A stretch of DNA of 64,000 nt from Collinsella sp. (GCA_018376265.1 JAHABQ010000008.1:119031-183030), one strand, 5' to 3'. Counted from the first letter of the stretch, positions 27,403-37,975 are shown. The notes: a model not told the origin generated them from the sequence alone. Program-made: numbers and translations.

Positions 27403-27560
27403 CTTTCCCAATGGGACCTCGCTGGAAACTGTGTCCCAGAATTTCGGCTCGAAACGGGACACAGTTTCCCAAACGACCCCGTTCCGGAAACTACATCCCG
27501 GAATCGGCGCTCGAACCGGGATGCACTTTCCCGATCGAGCCCCATGGGAAACTGCGTCCC
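27403..27560. repeat. Array of about 2.5 tandem ~60-bp dyad units (GGAAAC-N6-CCC ... GGG-N6-GTTTCC)
   Basis: Perfect 14-bp inverted pair 27424-27437 / 27456-27469. Imperfect pair 27484-27501 / 27516-27533. Half unit 27546-27560. Confidence 0.8.
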
Positions 27561-27583
27561 ACTTGGGGGGCGCTCTTTAATGA

Positions 27584-27982
27584 CTAGTTGCCTTTGTGGA
27601 AGAGGCTTTTGATGACGGAGGGGATGCTCTTGGCGCCCTTGGCGGTCACATCGATAAAGTCGGGCGAACGCACGAGCTTATTCTCGTCGACGTACTTGCG
27701 GACCGCGCGAAGCGTCTCTTTGTCGTCGCGCGTCGAAAACGTAAAGTGACCGTTGTCCTTGGTGAAGATGGCAAAACGCGTGATCTTCTTGGTGCCGCGC
27801 AAAACCTCGGCGGCAATATAGTCGACCTCGTCCCACGGGATTTGAATATAATCCTCGGGATTGCGCTCGTTATAGTACTCGAACGCCTTATTGCCCACCA
27901 TCACGTTACCGTGGCTGGTAAGCCCCATCAGGCAGGTTGCCGGCGTTGCCAGATCGACCGTGCTGTTCTGAGATTGCGCCAT
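27584..27982 (-). CDS. DUF956-family protein (ManO-like), typically linked to mannose PTS operons
   Basis: NSTVDL...GNKAFEYYNERNPEDYIQIPWDEVDYI...FTFSTRDDKETLRAVRKY matches this family. ATG at 27982 with a GGAGGG RBS. Confidence 0.75.
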   Translation of the reverse strand: MAQSQNSTVDLATPATCLMGLTSHGNVMVGNKAFEYYNERNPEDYIQIPWDEVDYIAAEVLRGTKKITRFAIFTKDNGHFTFSTRDDKETLRAVRKYVDENKLVRSPDFIDVTAKGAKSIPSVIKSLFHKGN

Positions 27983-28102
27983 ACGCGCCTCGCCCTCCAA
28001 TAAAAACAATCGGACCGCATCCAGTGTACCCACCGGGTGCGGTCCGTTTCAATGGCTCAAAAGCCCTTACCTAGCAACTCTCGGTCTTAAGCCGAAGCGT
28101 GC

Positions 28103-29023
28103 TTACATGAAGCCGCAGAAGCGACCGATGATGCCGACGGCGAAGAGAGCCAAGATGATGACGATCGGGCTAACCTTCTTCTTGAGGAGCTTGCAGACCA
28201 GCAGGGTCAGGCACACGGCGGCAAGGCCGGGGATGAGCTGATCGAGGTTACCCTGGAGCGTGGTGACCTTCATCTGATCAAGGGCGGTAGCACCAACGGA
28301 GTTGTACATCGTCAGCGCTTCCTTGATACCCTCGGAACCGGAGGGCAGGCTAGCCCAGTCGATAAAGGCGCCAGCAGACTGCTTGACCGTGGAGACGATC
28401 GGGGTGAAGGAAATGGACACCCAGCGCTCGACCAGGGCGCCGATGATGAACATACCCAGGATGGAAGCGCCCTCGGTGACCTTGCCCATCAGACCGCCGG
28501 AGAGGTCCTTGGCGATAGAGGAGCCGACCTTGTAGCCAAACTCCTGTGTGTACCACAGGAAAGCGTAACGGATGATGTTCCACGCGAAGAAGAACAGCAG
28601 CGGACCGACGATGCTGCCGGACATGGCCAGGGAAGCGCCCAGAGCGCCCAGAATCGGGCGAAGGGTGAACCAGAAGACGGGGTCACCGACGCCGGCGAGC
28701 GGGCCCATCATACCGACCTTGACGCCCTGGATGGCGACGTCATCGATCGGAGCACCGTTGGCGCGCTCCTCCTCGAGGGCGAGGGTAACGCCAATGACGG
28801 GGGCGGAAACATAGGGGTGGGTGTTATAGAACTCCAGGTGGCGCTTAAGAGCGGCAATCTGGTCATCCTTGCTGGTGTAGAGCTTCTTGATCGCAGGGAT
28901 CATTGCGAAGCACCAGCCGCCGTTCTGCATACGCTCGTAGTTCCACGAGCCCTGAAGGAACTGATGACGGAAGCAAACCTTCTTACGGTCAGCCTTGGTG
29001 AGCTGAATCTTGTTCTCTGCCAT
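28103..29023 (-). CDS. manZ: PTS mannose-family EIID
   Basis: FRHQFLQGSWNYERMQNGGW is typical of EIID-Man. ATG at 29023 with a GGAGGGGAG RBS. Confidence 0.9.
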   Translation of the reverse strand: MAENKIQLTKADRKKVCFRHQFLQGSWNYERMQNGGWCFAMIPAIKKLYTSKDDQIAALKRHLEFYNTHPYVSAPVIGVTLALEEERANGAPIDDVAIQGVKVGMMGPLAGVGDPVFWFTLRPILGALGASLAMSGSIVGPLLFFFAWNIIRYAFLWYTQEFGYKVGSSIAKDLSGGLMGKVTEGASILGMFIIGALVERWVSISFTPIVSTVKQSAGAFIDWASLPSGSEGIKEALTMYNSVGATALDQMKVTTLQGNLDQLIPGLAAVCLTLLVCKLLKKKVSPIVIILALFAVGIIGRFCGFM

Positions 29024-29039
29024 ATGTATCACTCCCCTC

Positions 29040-29858
29040 CTACTCGTAATCGTTCAGAATGTCGCCGAGCGGGTCGCCGGAGCCACCGCCCATGCCGCCA
29101 CCCTGCTTGGCCAGATCCTTAAGGCCAAGGTAGATGAGGGCAAGGGAGATGCCGATGAGACCAAGGGCGATCAGCGTGAGCTGAGGGATGGCAGCAAGGA
29201 CAAAGCCGAGGACGAAGAACGGCCAGGTCTCCTTGGTGGCCATCATGTTGATGACCATGGCGTAACCGACGGAAGCGACCATGCCGCCGCCGACAGCCAT
29301 GCCGCCGGACAGCCAGTCGGGCATAGCGTTAAGCGCGTTGGTAACGGCCTCGGCCGGGATGACGCACAGAAGCACTGCCGGGATGGCGATACGAAGGCCC
29401 TGCATGAGGATGGCAGCATACTGCCAGCGCTCGATGCCGGAGAAGTCGCCCTTCTCGGCGCAACCGTCCATGGCGTGAGCGATGGCGGTAGCAATGGTAC
29501 GGCAGATCATGGTCAGGAACAGACCAGCGACCGACAGCGGGACGGCGACGGCGATAGCGGTGGTAACGGCCTTACCCGAATCGGTGGCGCCACCGTTGAG
29601 GGCGAGCACCATGATGATCGAAGAAGCGACCGAGGCCAGAGCGGCGTCAGGCGCGACAGCGGCGCCGACGTTAGCCCAGCCAAGGGCCATCATCTGGAGC
29701 GAACCGCCCAGGAGGATACCCTCCTGAAGGTGACCGGTTACGAGACCGATAAGCGTGCATGCCACGAGCGGCTGATGGAACTGGAACTCATCCAGAATGC
29801 CTTCCATACCGGCAAGCAACGCGACAATCGCAACAAGCAGAATAGTGATTGCAGACAT
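29040..29858 (-). CDS. manY: PTS mannose-family EIIC
   Basis: A polytopic 272-aa protein lying between the EIIAB and EIID genes. AAAGGAGGG RBS. Confidence 0.9.
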   Translation of the reverse strand: MSAITILLVAIVALLAGMEGILDEFQFHQPLVACTLIGLVTGHLQEGILLGGSLQMMALGWANVGAAVAPDAALASVASSIIMVLALNGGATDSGKAVTTAIAVAVPLSVAGLFLTMICRTIATAIAHAMDGCAEKGDFSGIERWQYAAILMQGLRIAIPAVLLCVIPAEAVTNALNAMPDWLSGGMAVGGGMVASVGYAMVINMMATKETWPFFVLGFVLAAIPQLTLIALGLIGISLALIYLGLKDLAKQGGGMGGGSGDPLGDILNDYE

Positions 29859-29876
29859 GTATCGGACCCTCCTTTA

Positions 29877-30866
29877 CTATGCTTGAGCGGCCAGTTCGGC
29901 CTTAGCTTTCTTCAACATGGCATCGAGATCCTCGGAGGAATCCGAAGGAACCTTGCGGACCTCGAACTTGACGCCCTTGGCCTTGAGGGCCTCGAGAGTC
30001 TTAACGTCGTCATCGCCCATGGCGACGGCGTTGGTGACGACGACCTTGCCCTTGGAGTGAGCCATGGAACCGATGTTGACTTCCTTGATGTCGACGCCGG
30101 CCTCGATGGCCTTGAGCAAATCCTGCGGATTCTCGAAGAGCAGCATGGCCTTGGTGTCACCAAAGCGCGTGTCCTTGACGACCTCGGCCATCTTCTTGAT
30201 GGGCACGACGTTGGCATGGACTCCCGGAGGGGCAGCCTGCTCGATCATGGTCTTGCGGAGCTCGTCGTGAGCAACGCCGTCGGAAACCACGATGATGCGG
30301 TTGGGGTTGATCTGCTTGGTCCACGTGGTGGCCACCTGGCCATGCAGCAGACGGGTGTCGATACGGACGTGGGCAATCTTGATGTGCCCGTCGCCGATGA
30401 CCGTTCCCGGAGGGATGGCGCCTGCAGGAGCAGCGGCGGCCGCAGCCGGCTTCTTCTCCTCGGGCTCCAGAGACTCGGGCTTGACGCGCACGCCAGCCTT
30501 AGCCTCAGTCACGAGATGTTTTGCGATCGCATGTGCAGTGTTCTTTGCATCAAAGCGCTGCGAATATGCCTCGATGAGCATAGGCAGGTTGACACCGGTG
30601 ACGATAGCCCAGGAATCGTGGCCCTCGATGAGCCCGCTGATCTGGTTGAACGGCGTGCCGCCCCACAGATCAACGAGGAAGAGCACCTGCTCCTGGTCCT
30701 CGAAGGAAGCGACTGCTTCCTCGACCTTGGCACGGAAGTCGTCGGGGCCCATGCTCGGCTCGAGCGAGACCACGGCTACAGACGGCTGATCGCCAAAGAC
30801 CATCGAGCCCGTCTGCTTGATTCCAGCTGCCAAGTCCCCGTGGCTAGCAAGAACAATACTTACCAT
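29877..30866 (-). CDS. manX: PTS mannose-family EIIAB
   Basis: N-terminal EIIA-Man (VSIVLASHGDLA), an Ala/Pro linker, and EIIB-Man (HVRIDTRLLHGQV). ATG at 30866 with an AAGGAGG RBS. Confidence 0.9.
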   Translation of the reverse strand: MVSIVLASHGDLAAGIKQTGSMVFGDQPSVAVVSLEPSMGPDDFRAKVEEAVASFEDQEQVLFLVDLWGGTPFNQISGLIEGHDSWAIVTGVNLPMLIEAYSQRFDAKNTAHAIAKHLVTEAKAGVRVKPESLEPEEKKPAAAAAAPAGAIPPGTVIGDGHIKIAHVRIDTRLLHGQVATTWTKQINPNRIIVVSDGVAHDELRKTMIEQAAPPGVHANVVPIKKMAEVVKDTRFGDTKAMLLFENPQDLLKAIEAGVDIKEVNIGSMAHSKGKVVVTNAVAMGDDDVKTLEALKAKGVKFEVRKVPSDSSEDLDAMLKKAKAELAAQA

Positions 30867-31186
30867 CACATAACCTCCTTTTTGTCTACGTATTTCCTAC
30901 ACGACATTAAGGAAGTATACCTGTTTGGTTTGTGGAATTATAGCTAAATTCGCAAAAGGTTGCATTATTTGTTTAAACGTCTAGGTTTGTTACAAGTTGG
31001 TTACGTTGCTGCTTTTCGACTCATTACCCGCCAAAGCGTCGCTCATCAAGCCATTCATTTTACAGATACAAGCAGGCTGTTCATTAATATCGATTTTAGG
31101 CAAGCTCGAATGCGCTTGTACTGCTGCTATTTTGTTTAAACAGACATAACTTGACTATTAGCGTGACTTATGCTCTAGCGCAAGTA

Positions 31187-31238
31187 GTCATTGGGGACGT
31201 TCTTGTTTGACTAGTCGTTTAAGAACGTCCCCAACGAC
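31187..31238. repeat. 18-bp inverted repeat GTCATTGGGGACGTTCTT / AAGAACGTCCCCAACGAC around a GACTAGTC core, just downstream of hypA
   Basis: 17 of 18 arm positions pair. A related 33-bp half copy lies at 47521-47553. Confidence 0.75.
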
Positions 31239-31242
31239 CAAG

Positions 31243-31671
31243 TTAGGCGATGTGGAGGGGGTTGGCGGCGTCGACGGCATCGGGGGCTTCAGAAGGGCCA
31301 TCGGGGGCAGCGCCTGCCGGGTCCTCGTCGGGGGTCTCGATCTGCTTGATCATGACCTCCTGGCCCTGCAGCAGGTATGTCTCGCCGCTGCCGCAATGGG
31401 GGCAGGTCTTGCCGTGCTCGACCGTCGCGTAGTCGCAGCCGCACGCCTCGCAATGCGTCACGGCCTCGACAGGCTCCACAATAAGCTCCGCACCCTCGGT
31501 GATGGACTTTTTATCTGCCGCCCAGCGCCAAGCGTCGAGTAGCAGATCGGGAACAACGCCCGAGACCTCGCCCAGCAGCAGCGTCACGCTCGAAACGCGA
31601 CGCACGCCATTGGCGCGCGCCACGTTCTCAACATCGCGAATGATGTGATACACAATCCCTAATTCATGCAA
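31243..31671 (-). CDS. hypA: Hydrogenase nickel-insertion protein HypA (TTG start), with a C-terminal acidic/Pro-rich tail
   Basis: HELGIVYHII N-terminus and zinc site CEACG...CPHCGS. Confidence 0.85.
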   Translation of the reverse strand: MHELGIVYHIIRDVENVARANGVRRVSSVTLLLGEVSGVVPDLLLDAWRWAADKKSITEGAELIVEPVEAVTHCEACGCDYATVEHGKTCPHCGSGETYLLQGQEVMIKQIETPDEDPAGAAPDGPSEAPDAVDAANPLHIA

Positions 31672-31761
31672 GGTAGAAACCTTTCCACAACGGTTGATGC
31701 GATGTCAGCCAAACGTAAGTGAGCGACGCCCCCGCGCCGCTCACTTACTTGTTAGGTTCTT

Positions 31762-34319
31762 TTACTTCTTCCCGAATTTAATCTTAATCGCACGCTTGAG
31801 CGCGTACTTGCCGAGGCTTGGGAGCTTTTGCTCGTATTTGACCATCGTGGAGCACTCGGGGCGGTCGCGATCCAGATGGATGGCGTCGAACGCGCACTTG
31901 GTGGTGCACAGGCCGCAGCCGATGCACTTGTTGGGGTCGACGATCGAGGCTCGCGGTCCACGTGGGCAGCCTCGCGGCTCGCGTTGTCGTAGCTCTCGAT
32001 CACGACATCGTCGCGGTCGAGCGCGGTATAGCGGCGCTGGTTGCGGCCGATGGTGAGCGTGGAGCCCGGCTGCACAAAGCGATGGATGGACACGGCGGCC
32101 TCGTGACCGGCGGCGATGGCGTCGATGGCAAAGCTCGGACCGGTATAGACGTCGCCGCCCACAAAGATGTCGGGCTCGGCAGTCTGATAGGTCTGGGGAT
32201 CGGCAAGAGCACCCTGGCCGCGGCCAAGCTCCACCTTGGAGCCAGCCAACAGGTCGCCCCACACAATGGACTGGCCAATCGACATGACGACACGGTCGGC
32301 ATCGACACGACGCAGATCGTTCTCGTCGTACTCGGGCGCAAACCGGCCCTCGTCGTCAAAGACGCGCGTGCAGCGCTTGAAGGTGATACCGCACACACGG
32401 CCGGACTCGTCCAGGTGAACCTCCTTGGGACCCCAACCACAGCTGATGTGCGCGCCGTCCTCGATGGCCTCGCGACGCTCTTCCTCGCTGGCGGGCATCT
32501 GGGCCTCGCTCTCCAGGCAGAACATCTCGACGTGCTCGGAGCCCAGACGGCAGGCGTTGCGGGCCACGTCGATGGCCACGTTGCCGCCGCCCACCACGAT
32601 GGTGCGGCCGGGCAGCGCGTCGATCTTGCCGCTGTTGACCTCGCGCAAGAAGTCGACGGCCACGGTCACGTCCTCGGCATCCTCGCCCGGAATACCGGCA
32701 AGGCGGCCGCCCTGGCAGCCGATGGCAACATAAAAGGCCTTAAAGCCCTGCTCGCGCAGCTCATCGAGCGTCACATCGCGACCGACCTCCACGCCATAGC
32801 GGAACTCGGCACCCATCAGGCGAATAACCTCGACCTCGGCCTCGATAACGTCCTTCTGCAGCTTAAAGCTGGGAATGCCGTAGGTGAGCATGCCGCCCGG
32901 GCGCTCGTTCTTCTCGAACACGACGGGCTTGTAGCCCTTCTCGGCCAGGTAGAAAGCGCAGGACAGGCCGGCCGGACCGGCACCGATAATGGCGATCTTC
33001 TGGTCGAAGCCGCCAGCGCGCGTCGGCGTCACCACGGGCGGGACATAGCGGGTCGCGGCATCAAGATCGCGCTGGGCGATGAACTTCTTGACCTCGTCGA
33101 TGGCCACGGCGGCGTCCACACGGCCGCGGGTGCAGGCATCCTCGCAGCGGCGATTGCACACACGGCCGCAGATAGCGGGCAGAGGGTTCTCGCGCTTAAT
33201 GAGTGCTAGGGCCTCGTCATAGCGACCCTGAGCCGCGAGCTTCAAATAGCCCTGAACGGCAACGTGCGCGGGGCAGGCCGTCTTGCAGGGCGCGGTGCCG
33301 GACTCATGCGTCTCGATGCGGTTGTCGTTGCGGTAGTTGGGCGACCACTTGGTGTGGTCCCACTTGGTGGCATCGGGCAGCTCCTGGCGCGGATACTCGG
33401 GCACCTGTCCGCCCGCCTTTTTGCTGCAGAGCTTCTGGCCCAGCTTGGCGGCGCCGGCCGGACACACCTCAACGCAGCGACCGCAGGCCACGCACTTGTC
33501 CTTCTCGACCTTGGCGACATAGGCCGAGCGCGACAGGTTGGGCGTGTTGAACAGCTGCGAGGTGCGCAGGGCGTAGCACACGTTGACGTTGCAGTTGCAG
33601 ATGGCGAAGATCTTGTTCTCGCCGTCGCACCAATCGGCCGGGTCGTCGGCGCAGCCCTCACCCATCACGCGACGGCTCGCGCGACAGCTGCAGGTGCTGG
33701 CGGCATACTTACCCTCGTATTTGTCGAGCCAGTGCTCAATATGCTCAATCGGCACCGAGGTGCTTGCGGCATCGATGGCCTTCTCGACCGGAATGACGTG
33801 CATGCCGATACCGGCACCTCCGGGCGGCACCATCGGCGTGGCCTTGGACAGCGGGCCCTTGGATGCCTGTTCAAAGAACTTGGCGTAGACCGGGTGCTCC
33901 TCGAGCTGGCTCACGCGCATGTTGAGAAACTCGGCGGAACCCGGCACCAGCATGGGCAACACCCATTGCTTGGCGCGCTCGGGATTTTCCCAGTTGTACT
34001 CGAGCAGGCCCGTGTAGCTCATATCGTCGAGCATCTTCTCGATCTGGGCCTCGGGCATGCCGGTGAGCTTGACCATCTCGGGCAGCGTGTAGGGACGGCG
34101 CATCTTCATCTTGCAGAGTACCTCGGCCTGCTCGTCAGTCGCGGCCTCGGCAAACGACCAGTACTCGTAGCCCAGCAGCTCATCGCGATGCAGCAGACGG
34201 TTGGTGCAGTGCTCGCACAGCTTGACGATGGCCTCGCGCGGATGCTCCGGCAGCGGCGGCACGAACTCCGAACCGATGTCGGGCTCGGTGTAGCTAATCC
34301 CCGGTCCGTTGAGAATCAT
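31762..34319 (-). pseudogene. Large Fe-S/FAD-dependent oxidoreductase (Cys-rich N-domain, ferredoxin domain, GltD-like NAD(P)H/FAD domain, C-terminal 4Fe-4S). The reading frame is broken by a 1-nt shift near 31945-31960.
   Basis: Motifs KCVACGRCVEVCPAGA, CPAHVAVQGYL and IIGAGPAGLSCAFYL. The conserved C-terminus VDPNKCIGCGLCTTKCAFDAIHL is only readable in the 31762-32262 frame. ATG at 34319 with an AGAAGGGA RBS. Confidence 0.65.
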
Positions 34320-34508
34320 GGTTGTCCCTTCTCTTGCCACAGCCCGGCGAGACCGCGGCACCCCTCTTTTTTGCAGGCCGGGCATGCCCCCATGCCGTTC
34401 ACCCGCCATTAGTTGACATTGTGTCAAAAATAGTATTGACGAACCGTCAACAATATTCAAGACTGTTAGGCGAACGGTCAGGCAAAAGAGGATGAAAGGC
34501 GGCAAAAC

Positions 34509-35171
34509 ATGAGCAACAACACAGCAGATACCTCTGTGGTCGATGCCGTCCCCGCATCCGATAGCGCGGCAAAGCGCTTGACGGGCGACGAACGCCGTCG
34601 CGAGATCCTCGCCGCCGTGCGCACCGTGAGCTCTGAGCTAGGCGTGTCGCATCTATCCGTCTCGGCCGTGACCAAGCGAGCCGGCTGCACGCGCTCATTG
34701 TTCTACCACTACTTTGCCGACATGGACGCCGCTGTCACCGCCGTCATGGACGAGGCGATCGACGGTTTTATCTCCGAGCTCGAGCAGTGGAATGCCAACC
34801 GCACCGTCGGTGATATCGAGGGCGCACTCGACACCGTCGCCCCGCTCTTTAAGCGCCTGGTCGTCAGCGGCCACGAGCTGCCGAGTACGCTCACCTCAAG
34901 CAGCGGCGCGCTCTACGGCGGCTTTTTGCACAACGTGGTCCAGCGTGTGGCGCAGTATATCTGCGACACCACCGTGGTGGATTTTGCCGCCCATCATGAG
35001 CTACGCATCGACCATGTCTACGAGACGTTCTACACCCTCATCATGGGGTTGTTGATGTATATCCGCACGCACCCCGATGTGCCCGACGAGACGGTCAAGG
35101 AAATCATCGCCTCGACACTCCACATCGAGGGCTATACCGCCAAGTATCCGGAGCGCAAGCCCCAGAACTGA
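34509..35171 (+). CDS. TetR-family transcriptional regulator
   Basis: HTH region RREILAAVRTVSSELGVSHLSVSAVTKRAGCTRSLFYHYF. Confidence 0.85.
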   Translation: MSNNTADTSVVDAVPASDSAAKRLTGDERRREILAAVRTVSSELGVSHLSVSAVTKRAGCTRSLFYHYFADMDAAVTAVMDEAIDGFISELEQWNANRTVGDIEGALDTVAPLFKRLVVSGHELPSTLTSSSGALYGGFLHNVVQRVAQYICDTTVVDFAAHHELRIDHVYETFYTLIMGLLMYIRTHPDVPDETVKEIIASTLHIEGYTAKYPERKPQN

Positions 35172-35234
35172 CGACATTTGGCCAAACTGCCCGCGATCAG
35201 AAGAGGGGCCGCGGGCGTGTGAAAGGAGAGCAGC

Positions 35235-36242
35235 ATGCTGTTCGATGTTTGGGGTAGCGATACCCTTATCCACTGGGCCGGCTGGGCCATGGTCTTTATT
35301 GGCCTGATCGTGCTCAACGAGGTCGGCCGCCGCACCAAGCTGGGCGCGGCAATCATCTTTGGCGTGGCTCCGCTGGCCATGACCACCTACTGCGTCGCCA
35401 TCGCCATCGGCGTCTCGCAGGGTGCCGAGTGGGCGCTCACCAACCCCACCCATGTGTACCAGAACAGCTGGTTCCACTACGCCAAGGTATACGCGGCGCT
35501 GGCCGGTTGCTGGGGCTTCATTGCCATTAAGTACCAGTGGGGCAAGATTGGCAAGGCGCATTGGTTCCGCGCATGGCCGTTTGTGATCGTCGCCATCAAC
35601 ATCATGATCGCCGTCGTGTCCGACTTTGAGAGCGCCTATCACTTCTTTGTCCTGGGCGAGTCCACCTGGGTCACCTCCGAAGGTGCTACGCAGCTGGCCG
35701 GCTGGAACAACGTGTTCAACGGCATCGCCGGTATTATCAACATCTTCTGCATGACCGGTTGGTGGAGCGTCTACGCCTCCGAGGATCAGACCGACATGCT
35801 GTGGCCCGACATGACCTGGGTCTACATCATCGCCTACGATATCTGGAACTTCTGCTACACCTACAACTGCCTGCCCACCCACTCCTGGTTCTGCGGCTTT
35901 GCGCTGCTTCTGGCGCCCACCGTCGCCGCCTTTATCTGGAACAAGGGCGGCTGGATCCAGAACCGCGCCTTTACGCTGGCCATTTGGTGCATGTTTGCCC
36001 AGGTGTTCCCGTACTTCCAGGAGGAGTCCATCTTTGTGACCCACTCCACGCTCGACCCCGGCGCCGCTACCGCGGTCTCGATCGCCGCTCTGGTCGCCAA
36101 CGTCGCCGCGATCATCTACATCGCCTACCGCGCCAAGAAGCTCGGCCGCAATCCCTACAAGCAGGATGTCTTTGAGGGCACCAGCGATTGGGAGAAGGCT
36201 ACCGCTCGCCGCGCCAAGGTGGATTACGCGCACGCCGAGTAA
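35235..36242 (+). CDS. Polytopic membrane protein of unknown function (Trp-rich, ~9 predicted TM segments)
   Basis: AAGGAG RBS and a hydrophobic periodicity. No motif I can name. Confidence 0.7.
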   Translation: MLFDVWGSDTLIHWAGWAMVFIGLIVLNEVGRRTKLGAAIIFGVAPLAMTTYCVAIAIGVSQGAEWALTNPTHVYQNSWFHYAKVYAALAGCWGFIAIKYQWGKIGKAHWFRAWPFVIVAINIMIAVVSDFESAYHFFVLGESTWVTSEGATQLAGWNNVFNGIAGIINIFCMTGWWSVYASEDQTDMLWPDMTWVYIIAYDIWNFCYTYNCLPTHSWFCGFALLLAPTVAAFIWNKGGWIQNRAFTLAIWCMFAQVFPYFQEESIFVTHSTLDPGAATAVSIAALVANVAAIIYIAYRAKKLGRNPYKQDVFEGTSDWEKATARRAKVDYAHAE

Positions 36243-36478
36243 CGTGTTGGTCGCTGTTGGCAGTTGGGCATAGGCCCGCCCGTCAGGATTTTCATCCAAT
36301 GTCTCGCAGAGCCCCCGGAAAGCGTTTCGCTCGCTTTTCGGGGGCTTTTGTCGTTGCGTCTCTATTCATCTATTCAAAAACATACGCATATATAAAATCG
36401 GATTTCAAATCATGCGGCGGCTCTATGGGGTCCCGTTTTTGGGTACAGTGTTGTCCCGATATTGAGCTTGGGGGATAT

Positions 36479-37975
36479 ATGAAAGATGAGACGATGGGCC
36501 AAGAGGATGCGGCCCAAGATGCAGAAGCGTGTGCCGAGGCCCTGGAGAGCCTAGACCGGATTTCGCTTGACGATGTTGCGTTTGACGATTCGAGCGTTGA
36601 TGTGCAGGATGAACCGGAAATCGAGGCACAGCCCGATGATCAGGATGCAGGCGACGTTGAGCCTGCCGAAGATGAGGCAGGTCACGAAGACACCGAAAGC
36701 GAGGCCGACAACCAGCCCGAATCCGACACGGGCGAGGAAACCATCTTGCTCGACAGCTTGCCGGCCGAGGATTCGCTGACCCGCGAGCTTCCTGGCTTAG
36801 GCTCTGCGCCTGCCGTGGACGAGACCATCGCCATGGGCGATATTCCCCTGCCGTCCGTTCCCTCGGCACGCGAGGCCGAGGTTCGCCATCGCAAAATGTC
36901 GCCCAAGCGCCGCAATCTGATGGTTGCCGGCGTCGTAGCCGTCGCGCTTGTTGCCGGCGGCGCAGGCTATGCTGCCTGGAACGGATATCAACAAGAGCAG
37001 GCTGCCGTGCTTGCCGCAAACGCCCATACCATGATGTCGGTGCAGATTGGCGTGCATGCCGCGGGCCTCGACTGCTCAACTGGCTCCAAGATTCCCGTGC
37101 AGGTGAGCGGACAAGATTCCGACGGTTCTTCCGTGAGCGAAACGCTCTACGTTGACGAGCGCGGCCGCGGCATCAAACTGCTGCCCGGCGATTACACGCT
37201 CTCCATCGCCGCCTCCCCCATCGCGGCCGACGGCACCATCTATACCGTCCCGACCACCAAGACGCAGGTCGCCGTTAAGAGCGATGGACAGGATTTAAGT
37301 GCCCAGGCCACCTTTAAGCTCAAGGTGCCTTCGGCCGACACGGTGACTGACGACCAGATCGATGCCGCCGCCAAGTATGCCGAGGAAGGCGGTGCGAGCT
37401 CCGCCGCGGCCGCCAAGATACTTCAGCAGGCGGCAACCGCGCGGCGCGACGCCGCCGTCAATGCCGTGAGCGCGAGCGAAGCGCAGGCCGCGCGCGATGC
37501 CGATGCTCGGCATAAGGCAACGGACCTGTATCAGCTCGATATTCCGGTTGAGTGGTATGGCAAGGTCGCAACCTGGCAAAACGGCAACACGCTGTGCATT
37601 TATCTGGACGGCGACAGCGATACGCCGATCGTGACGCTCGTCGCGGTGCGCGAGGGCGAGAGCTTTACGCCCGATGAGGGCGATACGGTTTTGGGTGCGG
37701 CCAATCTGGGCAACGGTTATACCGTCTATGCCAGCGGCCCCGTCTATCCGTACGTGGTGCCCCAGACTATCAACGGGCGCACCCAGGATCCAGTGTCGAC
37801 CTACCCCATGGACGCGGCCATTGAGCTTGTCGAGCTTACGACCGGCAACCGCTATACCTATAGCCAGATCAAGAACGTGCTGGTCGGCAAAGACGGCAAG
37901 GCCGACGCCGCCGCCAAACTCGAGACCGACTACCTCGCCCAGATTCTCCTGCCGAGTATCAAAGCCCAGGACTAG
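36479..37975 (+). CDS. Single-pass membrane-anchored protein with an acidic cytoplasmic N-terminus and a large extracytoplasmic domain; function unknown
   Basis: The ATG at 36479 follows GGGGGA. TM segment LMVAGVVAVALVAGGAGYAAW. The upstream part of the track ORF (36188-) overlaps the previous gene and was trimmed. Confidence 0.6.
   Translation: MKDETMGQEDAAQDAEACAEALESLDRISLDDVAFDDSSVDVQDEPEIEAQPDDQDAGDVEPAEDEAGHEDTESEADNQPESDTGEETILLDSLPAEDSLTRELPGLGSAPAVDETIAMGDIPLPSVPSAREAEVRHRKMSPKRRNLMVAGVVAVALVAGGAGYAAWNGYQQEQAAVLAANAHTMMSVQIGVHAAGLDCSTGSKIPVQVSGQDSDGSSVSETLYVDERGRGIKLLPGDYTLSIAASPIAADGTIYTVPTTKTQVAVKSDGQDLSAQATFKLKVPSADTVTDDQIDAAAKYAEEGGASSAAAAKILQQAATARRDAAVNAVSASEAQAARDADARHKATDLYQLDIPVEWYGKVATWQNGNTLCIYLDGDSDTPIVTLVAVREGESFTPDEGDTVLGAANLGNGYTVYASGPVYPYVVPQTINGRTQDPVSTYPMDAAIELVELTTGNRYTYSQIKNVLVGKDGKADAAAKLETDYLAQILLPSIKAQD

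Noticed and set aside
30870-31186. Possible sigma-54 promoter or ManR-type control region upstream of manX, including the duplicated TTTGTTTAAAC motif
   Set aside because: I found no TGGCAC-N5-TTGC element on the coding strand, and no LevR/ManR-type activator gene in the window. Only an AT-rich region with a TATAAT-like box (30937-30942, minus strand) could be seen.
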